Part shown: in pieces, positions 18,732-27,589 of the stretch | Numbering within the stretch: position 1 is the stretch's first letter | Layout of the letters: each line of letters opens with the position of its first letter | Origin: Chloroflexota bacterium | Lineage (GTDB): Bacteria; Chloroflexota; Dehalococcoidia; Lucifugimonadales; UBA3495 | Direction: 5' to 3' | Assembly: GCA_009837355.1 (NCBI GenBank) | Contig: VXTR01000056.1 | Coordinates: 589-64,588, forward strand | DNA: 64,000 nt | Notes under the pieces: model-generated | Seen by the model: the letters and a program-made list of their open reading frames with translations, nothing else | The model's database searches: none | What the model was told of the DNA's origin: nothing | Position numbers and translations under genes: made by a program

Positions 18732-21700
18732 ATGATTATTCTGTCCAGGCTGGCCCTGCGGAGTCGAACCGTAACGTTGATGGCGCTGGTCCTCATCCTG
18801 CTCGGCGGCGTGTACGGCTACCAGCAATTGCAGCAGGAACTTTTTCCGGAGATCAGCCTGGGTGTGATCAACGTGTCAACGTCATTCCAGCAGGGCACGC
18901 CCTACCAGGTCGCGCAGGAAGTTACCAAACCAATTGAGGACGTAATCATCGGCATGGAGAGCCTGAGAGAGGTAACTTCCACCTCTCGCGGGAATCGTTC
19001 CACCGTGCGCGCCAGTTTTGAGACCAACGCGGACCTGGAAGAAGCGGAGGCGGAGATACAGAGCCGCGTTTCAGGCCTGCGACTGCCCGACGCCGCCGGC
19101 GACCCACGCGTGTTTGCGCTCACACCCAACCAGCGTCCAGTGATGGAGTTGAGCGTATCCGGGCAGCGCGATATTCCAGAGCTGCTCAGGATTGTGGAAC
19201 GCCAGATTGTTCCACCGCTACAGGCCATTCCCGGCGTGTTTGAGGTGGCGATTGAGGGCGGCGTATCCGAGCAGGTTTTCGTCACCGTTGACCCGGCGCA
19301 GCTGGAAACCTACGACCTCACCATCCAGAACATCATCGGAGCGTTGCAAAGCAACGCCGTGGACGTGACTGCCGGCAGCATGTCGTCGCGGGACGGCATC
19401 GTAACGGTGCGGGCCTTTCACGGGTACGGCAACTTGGAGGCCATCCGCAGCCTGCCCGTGGGATTCGCTCGCCCGGACGCGGCTCCCGGAACCGGACGGC
19501 CGGCCGACACCAACGCGACGCCCATCCGGCTGTCAGAAGTGGCCGACGTGCGGGTCGCTACGCCGGAGGCTCGCACGGTTTCGAGAACCAACGGGCAGCC
19601 CAGCGTCAGCCTCAACGTGCTCAAAACCCCCGACGGCAACACCATCGACATCACCCATGAAATCGACGCGCAACTGCTGCTGTTGGAAAGCGAACTTCCC
19701 CACGACCTTGACATTGCCGTGATGGACAGCCAGGCGCCCCGGTTGGAGGAGGAGTTGAGCAAGGTCATAACCCAGGGCGCGCAGGGTTTCGCGTTTGCCG
19801 TAATCGCCGTGTTCGTGTTCCTGCTGCAGGTGCGGCCCCATATTGCCTCGGGTGTCATCAACACCTTCCGGCCCACGGCCATCATCGCCGTGTCCATTCC
19901 CCTCAGCATCATGGTTACCATGCTGGTCATGGCCGTATTCGACTGGACGCTGAACTTCATGAGCCTGGCCGGCCTGGCCATCGCGGTGGGGCGCATCGTG
20001 GACGACAGCATCGTGGTGCTGGAGAACATCTACCGGCACATCCAGGGCGGCAGCGCCCGGGCAGTTGCCGTGATTGAGGCGACGCAAGAGGTAAGCCCGG
20101 CCATCGTGGCGTCGACGCTGACCACCGTGGCCGTATTCATTCCACTGGGCTTTCTGCCGGGGGTGGTCGGCCAGTTCTTCCTGCCTTTCGCTCAAACGGT
20201 GTGCGTGTCCCTGGTGGCGTCAACCCTGGTGGCGCTGACCGCGGTTCCGGTGCTGGCCTCCTGGTTCCTGAGGCAGGGGGATATGGCCACCGACCCCGCG
20301 GTCCGGACCGAGGACACAGTGCTGCAGAAACTCTACACCCCGCTGCTGCGGTTGGCCCTGCGCTTCCGGCTGCTGACTGCCATCACCAGCCTTGCGGTGG
20401 TGCTGGCCAGCCTGAGCCTGATTACGCTGCTGCCCATTGAACTATTCTCCCAGGGGCGCACGGAGGGCATTCGCATTGACTTGAGCCTGAGGAACCCGTC
20501 CACCGGTAGGCTGTTCCGGGAGGTGCGAACCGTGGAACAGACGCTGGACGATTTCGTAGCGAGCGGCGCGGTGGAGAGTTACCAGGTTACCCTGGGTTCC
20601 GGCAGCCGGAGCTTCGGACCCGGCAGCGCTGACGCCTCCTTTGACCGGGCCGGATTCACCGTCGTGCTCCCCGACGACGCCCCGGCCGACCTGGACGAGC
20701 AAATCCGGAACGCCCTGCCCGAGAGCCGCGGCGTCACGACACGGGTATTCGCCGACTCCGGCGGCCCGGGTCGCGGCGGCGGCGTCAGGCTCACCCTGAC
20801 CGGCCCAAACTACGAAGACGTGCGCACTGCTACCGGCATTCTCGAGCAGGCGATCGAGAGCGACCCCGGCGTCCGCAACGCCAGCACCAACATCGTGGAC
20901 GGAGCCGAGGAGTTCACCATTGCCATCAACCCCAACGAGGCGGGACGCTACGGCTTGTCCACGGCCAACGTCGCCGGCCAAATCCGCACCTGGCTCCTGG
21001 GCAGCGAAGTGGCGGAAGTCAACCTGGGCGAAGAGACGCTGGACGTGGTGGTGCGGGGCGCGCCCCAAGCCGTGGACGACCCCGGGGACATCCCGCTGCT
21101 GCCCATTTCCGGCAACGCCGGCGTCGTTCCCCTGGGCGCCATATCCGACACCGGCTACACCGTTGGCCCCAGCGTGGTTACGCACTACGACGGCTACCGC
21201 TCGGCCACGGTTTCCGGCAGCCTGGTCGGACGGGACGCCGGCGCCATCGGCGAGCGCATCGACGACATCATCGCCGCTACGCCGCTGCCTCCGGGCATCA
21301 GCGTACGCTCCGGCGGAACGTTCAGCGACATTCGCGAGGAATTCAACAACGTCTATGTGGCCATGGCCATCGGCGTTTCCCTGGTGTATCTGGTAATGGT
21401 TGCGACCCTCGGCTCGCTGAAGATTCCGTTCATCATCGTGCTGAGTATGCCGTTAGCGGTGGTGGGAGCGTTGATTGCCCTGGTAATTACCGACCGGTCG
21501 CTGAGCCTGCCGGCGTTGATGGGATTCCTGCTGCTGGTGGGCATCGTGGTCACCAACGCCATCGTGTTGCTCACGTTTGTGCAGCAGCTGCGACAGCGGG
21601 GCGCGCCTCCGCTGGAAGCGGTGATGACTGCCGGACGCACCCGCCTGCGTCCCATCCTGATGACCGCCTTCACCACCATCCTGGCGCTGATTCCGCTGTC

Positions 21701-21878
21701 GCTGAGCGATTCGGCCGGCCTGGTGGGCGCAGAGCTGGCCACGGTGGTAATTGGCGGCCTTTTGAGTTCAACCTTTCTGACCCTGATTGCGGTTCCGGTG
21801 GTGTATATGCTCTTTGAGGAATCCCTGCCCAACCTATACTTCCGAGTGCAGGGCCTGGTTGCCGGACGCAGCCGCTAG
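18732..21878 (+). CDS. RND-superfamily efflux permease (AcrB/AcrD/AcrF-like)
   Basis: 1048 aa with two large extracytoplasmic loops and 12 TM segments. There is no adjacent membrane-fusion or outer-membrane factor gene. Confidence 0.85.
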   Translation: MIILSRLALRSRTVTLMALVLILLGGVYGYQQLQQELFPEISLGVINVSTSFQQGTPYQVAQEVTKPIEDVIIGMESLREVTSTSRGNRSTVRASFETNADLEEAEAEIQSRVSGLRLPDAAGDPRVFALTPNQRPVMELSVSGQRDIPELLRIVERQIVPPLQAIPGVFEVAIEGGVSEQVFVTVDPAQLETYDLTIQNIIGALQSNAVDVTAGSMSSRDGIVTVRAFHGYGNLEAIRSLPVGFARPDAAPGTGRPADTNATPIRLSEVADVRVATPEARTVSRTNGQPSVSLNVLKTPDGNTIDITHEIDAQLLLLESELPHDLDIAVMDSQAPRLEEELSKVITQGAQGFAFAVIAVFVFLLQVRPHIASGVINTFRPTAIIAVSIPLSIMVTMLVMAVFDWTLNFMSLAGLAIAVGRIVDDSIVVLENIYRHIQGGSARAVAVIEATQEVSPAIVASTLTTVAVFIPLGFLPGVVGQFFLPFAQTVCVSLVASTLVALTAVPVLASWFLRQGDMATDPAVRTEDTVLQKLYTPLLRLALRFRLLTAITSLAVVLASLSLITLLPIELFSQGRTEGIRIDLSLRNPSTGRLFREVRTVEQTLDDFVASGAVESYQVTLGSGSRSFGPGSADASFDRAGFTVVLPDDAPADLDEQIRNALPESRGVTTRVFADSGGPGRGGGVRLTLTGPNYEDVRTATGILEQAIESDPGVRNASTNIVDGAEEFTIAINPNEAGRYGLSTANVAGQIRTWLLGSEVAEVNLGEETLDVVVRGAPQAVDDPGDIPLLPISGNAGVVPLGAISDTGYTVGPSVVTHYDGYRSATVSGSLVGRDAGAIGERIDDIIAATPLPPGISVRSGGTFSDIREEFNNVYVAMAIGVSLVYLVMVATLGSLKIPFIIVLSMPLAVVGALIALVITDRSLSLPALMGFLLLVGIVVTNAIVLLTFVQQLRQRGAPPLEAVMTAGRTRLRPILMTAFTTILALIPLSLSDSAGLVGAELATVVIGGLLSSTFLTLIAVPVVYMLFEESLPNLYFRVQGLVAGRSR

Positions 21879-21947
21879 TTTGATGTTACAATGCCCGTCG
21901 GCAATTTTGCCGCTATCAACTCTTGCCGCTTACCGGAGGAACTATCC

Positions 21948-22385
21948 GTGCCTACCTACGTTGACCCTGCCGCCTGCAACGCCTGCGCCGGCCTCCACGG
22001 GGGCCCCCAGTGCGTTTACATCTGCCCCAACGACCTGATGGTTCTGGACGACGTCGTCAACAAGGGCAGCAACCAGGAGCCGGAGATGTGCTCCGAGTGC
22101 TACGCCTGCGTCAAGCTCTGCCCGGAGAACGCCATCCACGTCCGCGGCTACGCCGACTTCGTGCCGCTGGGCGCCGAAGTCCAGCCTCACTACGAAGGCC
22201 AGGACATCGTCTGGAACGTTACCTTCCGCGACGGACGCACCGAACACTTCCGGTTCGCCTCGCGCTCCACGCCCTGGGGCAGCATCGACCCCTACGCCGG
22301 CATCAATCCCGCCGACCGCGACGCCATCCGCGCGCAAGCCCTCTTCGGCGAACCGGAGTACCTCAAGCTACCCGAATCGGCCTAG
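21948..22385 (+). CDS. aprB: adenylylsulfate (APS) reductase beta subunit
   Basis: GTG 21948 (VPTYVDPAACNAC..) lies 7 nt after GGAGGA. It has two ferredoxin-type Cys clusters (CNACAG..CVYICP and CSECYACVKLCP) and an AprB-type C-terminal tail. Confidence 0.85.
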   Translation: MPTYVDPAACNACAGLHGGPQCVYICPNDLMVLDDVVNKGSNQEPEMCSECYACVKLCPENAIHVRGYADFVPLGAEVQPHYEGQDIVWNVTFRDGRTEHFRFASRSTPWGSIDPYAGINPADRDAIRAQALFGEPEYLKLPESA

Positions 22386-22437
22386 GGGAATAACCGCCGC
22401 AAACTGATCCGGCCCAACCCAGAGGAGTGCCACCAAG

Positions 22438-24297
22438 ATGCCCGAACCTACTACCCGAATCGTTGAATCCGACGTGCTGATTATCGGAGGCGGAATGTCC
22501 GGCTGCGGCGCCGCCATCGAAGCCCGCTACTGGGGCGGCGACGACCTGCGCATCGTCATGGTGGACAAGGCTGCCACCGACCGCAGCGGCGCCGTCGGCG
22601 AGGGTCTTTCCGCCATCAATATGTACATGGGAATGCGCCACGGCTGGAACCAGCCCGAGGACTACGTGGAGTACGTCCGCAACGACATGATGGGCGTCTC
22701 CCGCGAGGACCTGGTGTACGACGTGGCCCGTCACGTGGACAGCAGCGTCCACATGTTTGAGGAATGGGGCCTCCCCTTCTGGTACGACGACGAGGGACTG
22801 TACGTCCGCGAGGGCCGCTGGCAGGTGATGATCCACGGCGAAGCCTACAAGCCCATCGTGTCCGAGGCCACCAAGAAGGCCCTGGGCCCCGACAACCACT
22901 ACGAGCGCGTCTTCATCTCCCACCTGTTCACCGACGCCGACGACCCCGGCCGCATCGCCGGCGCAGTAGGCTTCGGCGTCCGCGAGGACGTTATCTACAT
23001 CTTCAAGGCCCGCTCCGTCATCAGCGCCGCCGGCGGCGCCACCGCTATCTTCCGACCCCGCAGCGTCGGCGAGGGCATGGGCCGCACCTGGTACTCCATA
23101 TTCGATACCGGCTCCGTCTATGGCCTCATCATCCCCGTGGGCGGTGAGATGACCCAGATGGAACACCGCTTCGTGCCCAGCCGGTTCAAGGACTCCTACG
23201 GCCCGGTGGGCGCGTGGTCTCAGCTGTTCCGAGCCGACCTGACCAACGCCGCCGGCGAAAACTACTTCGTCAACCGGCTGCCCGAACTGAAAAAGTACGA
23301 TCCCTACGGTTCCGCCTTCCCCACGCCCACGCCGCTGCGCAACCATCTGCTCTGGACCGAAATCCAGGCTGGCAACGGCCCCATCATGCTCAAAACTCCG
23401 GAGGCCATCGATGCCCTGGCCGCCGGCGACGAAAACCGCAAGCGCGACATCATCGCCGAAGCCTGGGAAGACTTCCTGGACATGACCATCTCCCAGGCCA
23501 TCCTGTGGGCTGCTCACAACATCGCGCCGGAGGAACGGCCCTCCGAGGTGGTGCTGGCCGAGCCGTACATCATGGGCAGCCACAGCGGCGAGGCCGGCGC
23601 GTGGGTCAGCGGCCCCGAGGACGTTGCCCCCGACGGCTACCACTGGGGTTACAGCAAGATGACCACGGTGAACGGCCTTTTCGCCGCCGGCGACGGCGTG
23701 GGCGCGTGCCCGCACAAGTTCTCCTCCGGCTCCTTCACCGAGGGCCGCCTGGCCGGCAAGTCCGCCGTGGCCTACGCCCTGGACAACACCACGCCGCCCA
23801 AGGTTGACGACCGCAAGATTGACGAACTCAAGCGGCAGGCATGGGCGCCCATGGTAACCTTCGAGGAGAACCAGTACGCCTCCACCAACCCGGAGGTGAA
23901 TCCCAACTACCTGCTGCCGCGCCAGGGCCTGTTCCGATTGCAGAAGCTGATGGATGAGTACGTGGCCGGCGTGTCGGCCGGCTTCACCACCAATGAGTCC
24001 ACCATGCTGCGCGGCCTGGAACTGATGGGAATGCTCCGCGAAGACCTGGCAAAACTGGCCGCCCGCAGCCGCCACGAGCTGCTCCGCTGCCACGAGCTGA
24101 TTCATCGCGCCTGGGTTGCCGAAGCCCACCTGCGCCACATGCTGCACCGCAAGGAAACCCGCTGGCCCGGCTTCTACTACCGCAGCGACTATCCCGAAAT
24201 GGACGAAGCCAACTGGCGCGTCTTCGTCAACTCCCGCTACAACCCTGAAAAGGGTGAGTGGGACGTATTCACCCGTCCCTGCCCGCAGGTGTTTTAG
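22438..24297 (+). CDS. aprA: adenylylsulfate (APS) reductase alpha subunit (FAD)
   Basis: DVLIIGGGMSGCGAA dinucleotide fold, ..GLSAINMYMG.., 619 aa, placed directly after aprB. Confidence 0.85.
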   Translation: MPEPTTRIVESDVLIIGGGMSGCGAAIEARYWGGDDLRIVMVDKAATDRSGAVGEGLSAINMYMGMRHGWNQPEDYVEYVRNDMMGVSREDLVYDVARHVDSSVHMFEEWGLPFWYDDEGLYVREGRWQVMIHGEAYKPIVSEATKKALGPDNHYERVFISHLFTDADDPGRIAGAVGFGVREDVIYIFKARSVISAAGGATAIFRPRSVGEGMGRTWYSIFDTGSVYGLIIPVGGEMTQMEHRFVPSRFKDSYGPVGAWSQLFRADLTNAAGENYFVNRLPELKKYDPYGSAFPTPTPLRNHLLWTEIQAGNGPIMLKTPEAIDALAAGDENRKRDIIAEAWEDFLDMTISQAILWAAHNIAPEERPSEVVLAEPYIMGSHSGEAGAWVSGPEDVAPDGYHWGYSKMTTVNGLFAAGDGVGACPHKFSSGSFTEGRLAGKSAVAYALDNTTPPKVDDRKIDELKRQAWAPMVTFEENQYASTNPEVNPNYLLPRQGLFRLQKLMDEYVAGVSAGFTTNESTMLRGLELMGMLREDLAKLAARSRHELLRCHELIHRAWVAEAHLRHMLHRKETRWPGFYYRSDYPEMDEANWRVFVNSRYNPEKGEWDVFTRPCPQVF

Positions 24298-24311
24298 GAA
24301 CGGAGGAAATC

Positions 24312-24917
24312 ATGGCTACTGCTTCCGAAATGCCCGACCCGGTGGAGATGCTTCGCAAAACCACGCTCCGGGTTAAGGAAGTGGTAGCCAAAGTGGAGCA
24401 ATCTCAAGCCCAGGACCCTACCCCCTGCTCCGAGTGGGACGTGCGCGGCCTGCTGAACCACCTGATTGGCGGCCTTGAATTCACCGCCGGCTGCATTGCC
24501 GGCAATCCGCCCAACATTCGGCCTTCCGAGGCTGACAGCAGCTATCTCGACGAGCCGGACGTCGCCGTGCTGGTTGGGGCGTACCACTCCCTGCTTGACC
24601 GGGTGCTGCAATCCGGCAGCGAACCGGGCGCGCTGGACGGGATTGTCAGCACCCCCAACTTCGGCGAGATGCCCGTTAGCCAGATCTTCGTTGGCACGAC
24701 CATGGACCAGTTCATCCACGGCTGGGACCTGGCGAAGGCGACGGGCCAGGATACTACGCTGGACGCCGACCTGGTGGAATTTGTCTATGGGATGCTGACC
24801 TCCGCCGGCTTTGCCGATATGGGCCGGCAGGCCGGTTTCATCGGCCCGGAGATTACCGTTCCTGATAACTCCACCCCGCAGGACAAGCTCATCGCCTACA
24901 TGGGTCGCCAGCCATAG
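24312..24917 (+). CDS. DinB-superfamily protein, mycothiol maleylpyruvate isomerase N-terminal-like (TIGR03086-like)
   Basis: GGAGGA lies before ATG 24312. ..WDVRGLLNHLIGG.. and ..DQFIHGWDLAKATG.. match that family's pattern. The gene starts 14 nt after the aprA stop. Confidence 0.6.
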   Translation: MATASEMPDPVEMLRKTTLRVKEVVAKVEQSQAQDPTPCSEWDVRGLLNHLIGGLEFTAGCIAGNPPNIRPSEADSSYLDEPDVAVLVGAYHSLLDRVLQSGSEPGALDGIVSTPNFGEMPVSQIFVGTTMDQFIHGWDLAKATGQDTTLDADLVEFVYGMLTSAGFADMGRQAGFIGPEITVPDNSTPQDKLIAYMGRQP

Positions 24918-24936
24918 AGGGCAGGCGCACAGCGGC

Positions 24937-26565
24937 CTACGAGGACGCGGCGCTGGCCGCAGTTGCCGCCTCCTCATTCCAGTCGGGGCCGTTCACCCGG
25001 TCAAATAGTTCCACCATCGAGTTGGAAGGCTGGGAAGTCAGCAGGGTAACCACCACGGCGAAAATAGTAGCTCCGGCAAAGCCGGGTGTCGCCGGATTCA
25101 TCTGCCAGACGCCAACTTCGCTCATCAGGGCAATGGTCGCTTCCAGGCCCAGCAACTCCGCCAGGGTCGCGGCGCCTTCATATCCCAGTCCCATCAACCA
25201 CCACCAGGTGGATATGACCATCCCCGACACCACCGCAGCCAGCGCTCCCCACTTGTTGAACCTCCGCCAGTAAAGCGCCAGGAGCAGAACGGGCCCGAAG
25301 GACGCGCCCATGCCGCCCCAGGCCAGGGAAACCAGTGCGAAAACCGACTCCGGCGACACGATGGAGATCACGGCGGCGGCAACTCCCACCAGCAGCAGCA
25401 TTCCCCGTCCCATCCAAACCCGGGTGCGGGTCTGCACGGAATATGCAACGCGCCGTATGAATGGCAGGTCGTCGGTGGCAATGGCCGAAGCCAACAGCAA
25501 CTGAGAATCGGCGGTGCTCATCACGGCGGCGATGACGGCGGTGAGCAGCAGGCCGGCAACTATCGGGTGGAAGAACGTTTCCGCCACCACCAGGTACAAC
25601 TTCTCCGCGTCGGGCAGCATGACGCCCCGGTCCAGCAGCGCCGGCGCGGCCATTAGTCCCATCAGCAGCCCAAACCCGAAAATCATAACCGCCCAAACTA
25701 CGCCAACATTTCGGCTCCGCTTCAGGTTCGCCTCCCGGTCAACCGCCATGAACCGGGCCAATATCCGATGAGCGCCCAGGGCTCCCAGGCCCCAGCCCAA
25801 CGTGGACAGGAAAAACAACACGCCCAGGCTCTGATTGCTCTGGTCGGTCAGCGGATTCCAGAATCCGGCGGCAAACTCCAGCCCCTCGCCTTGGAAGGGG
25901 TTGTTCACCGTGGCCAGCAACGTTACCGGTATGATGATGAACCCGGCCAGCATTATCATGGCCTGAAAAACGTCCGTGCGCGAAACAGCCAGAAATCCGC
26001 CGATGAAGGTGTAGGACACCACTGCTGCCAGTGATACGAGCACACCGATATTGTGCCCCGGGCCGGTTTGGTCCAGACCGAAAACCACTTCCAGCAACTT
26101 CGCCCCCGCAATCAGGCCGGAGCAAACGTACAGTGTGATGAAATAAAGCGCGATGACCGCCGATAAGCCTCTCAGCAACCCGCTGTCATCCTCAAATCGC
26201 TTCTCCAGAAACTCCGGCAGGGTCAGGGAGTTCTCGGTGGAGATGGTATAGCGACGCAGACGACGCGCCATTATCGTCCATGACAACCAGATTCCTGCGA
26301 TAATGGATGCTATCGTCCACAGGTGCATCATTCCGGCGGCAAAGGCCAGCGCCGGAAGCACCAGCATCGTCCAGCCGCTCGACGAAGAGGAAGCAGCGCT
26401 CAGCGCAGAGGTTATGTATCCAACACTACGCCCCGCCAGCACGTAGTCCGACATATCGCTCATGTTCCGCGCCCGCAATACGGCTATGCCGATCAAGACC
26501 GCGAAATAAGCGATGAAAACCGCCAGTATCCAATAGGTGTAAGCCACGGAAATCGAACCTCGCAC
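24937..26565 (-). CDS. sodium:solute symporter (SSS family, PutP-like)
   Basis: ..DYVLAGRSVG.. near the N-terminus and about 13 TM segments. The start is uncertain (GTG 26565 or GTG 26547). Confidence 0.8.
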   Translation of the reverse strand: MRGSISVAYTYWILAVFIAYFAVLIGIAVLRARNMSDMSDYVLAGRSVGYITSALSAASSSSSGWTMLVLPALAFAAGMMHLWTIASIIAGIWLSWTIMARRLRRYTISTENSLTLPEFLEKRFEDDSGLLRGLSAVIALYFITLYVCSGLIAGAKLLEVVFGLDQTGPGHNIGVLVSLAAVVSYTFIGGFLAVSRTDVFQAMIMLAGFIIIPVTLLATVNNPFQGEGLEFAAGFWNPLTDQSNQSLGVLFFLSTLGWGLGALGAHRILARFMAVDREANLKRSRNVGVVWAVMIFGFGLLMGLMAAPALLDRGVMLPDAEKLYLVVAETFFHPIVAGLLLTAVIAAVMSTADSQLLLASAIATDDLPFIRRVAYSVQTRTRVWMGRGMLLLVGVAAAVISIVSPESVFALVSLAWGGMGASFGPVLLLALYWRRFNKWGALAAVVSGMVISTWWWLMGLGYEGAATLAELLGLEATIALMSEVGVWQMNPATPGFAGATIFAVVVTLLTSQPSNSMVELFDRVNGPDWNEEAATAASAASS

Positions 26566-26673
26566 GTTCAGTATCTACGCCTTGGCGCAAAACCGCTCTC
26601 AAGTTTAGAGACGGCATTTTGCTCATATCTATACCATATGTCAAACAACACGTTACTTTGCCGGGAGTTCACC

Positions 26674-27516
26674 ATGCAAGCCATCGATATGCACATCCAC
26701 GTACCCCGCGAACCAGGCCTGCCCGAAATCGAGATTGAGGCCGAGCTGCTGCGCTACTTCCGCGCGCCGACGCCGCCTTCAGATCCGGCGGAGATGGCCG
26801 ACAAGTACCGCGAGCTGGACCTGTTCGGCGTCATCTTCTCGGTGGATACCACCACCAACACCGGCGAAAAGCCCGACAGCAACGACTGGGTCGCCAGCAT
26901 CGTCAACGACCATCCTGAGCAGTTCATGGGCTTTGCCTCCGTTGACCCCTGGATGGGCAAGGCCGCCTGCTACGAGCTGGAACGCTCGGTGAAAGAACTG
27001 GGATTGAAGGGACTGAAACTGCATCCCATCCACCAGGCATTCTTTCCCAACGACACCCGCTTTTATCCCCTGTACGAGGTGGCCGACGGGCTGGGCATTC
27101 CGGTGCTGTTCCATTCCGGTTTCGCCGGCGCCGGTTCCGGCACGCCGGGCGGCAGCGGCCTCAAGCTCAAGTACAGCAAGCCCGTACCCTGCTTCGACGA
27201 CGTGGCCGCCGATTTCCCCAACATGACCATCATCATGGCCCATCCGGCCTGGCCCTGGATCGACGAGCAGATTGCCGTGGCGTTGCACAAATCCAACGTG
27301 TTCCTGGACCTGTCCGGCTGGATGCCCCGCTTCATCCCGGAGACGTTGATACGCGAGACCAACACCCGCCTGCAAGACAAGGTGATGTTCGGCTCCGACT
27401 ACCCCTTCATCCAGCCGGACAATTGGCTGGCCGACTTCCAGAACCTGCAAATGCGCGACCACGTGATCCCGAAAGTCCTGCTGGAAAACGCCCGCCGCGC
27501 CCTGAACATCCCGTAG
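26674..27516 (+). CDS. amidohydrolase-2 (ACMSD-like, TIM-barrel metal hydrolase) family protein
   Basis: The start MQAIDMHIHVP contains the HxH metal motif. ..LKLHP.., ..VLFHSG.. and ..FGSDYPF.. follow. GGGAG lies 6 nt upstream. Confidence 0.75.
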   Translation: MQAIDMHIHVPREPGLPEIEIEAELLRYFRAPTPPSDPAEMADKYRELDLFGVIFSVDTTTNTGEKPDSNDWVASIVNDHPEQFMGFASVDPWMGKAACYELERSVKELGLKGLKLHPIHQAFFPNDTRFYPLYEVADGLGIPVLFHSGFAGAGSGTPGGSGLKLKYSKPVPCFDDVAADFPNMTIIMAHPAWPWIDEQIAVALHKSNVFLDLSGWMPRFIPETLIRETNTRLQDKVMFGSDYPFIQPDNWLADFQNLQMRDHVIPKVLLENARRALNIP

Positions 27517-27589
27517 CGTCGGAAAGCCTGGCGACGAATAACGGCCCCGCTATGGCGCGGGCGGGGTCGTTGGCGTTATTATTTGGCCC

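Noticed and set aside
18732-21878. RND permease as a dedicated membrane electron or anchor partner of AprBA (an AprM analogue).
   Set aside because: It has the full AcrB-like 12-TM, two-loop architecture with no heme or Fe-S Cys motifs. Adjacency alone is insufficient. I kept it only as a context note in the aprBA finding.
22363-24147. 594-aa minus-strand ORF antisense to aprA. Similar long antisense ORFs lie at 58886..61081 (731 aa, opposite relA), 27407..28957 (opposite dnaX), 11919..13211, 33542..34972, 39501..40718 and 49813..50823.
   Set aside because: All are Gly/Ala/Val/Arg/His/Asp-rich low-complexity translations with no motifs. They lie exactly opposite genes with unmistakable family signatures. 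These are typical shadow ORFs of GC-rich DNA.
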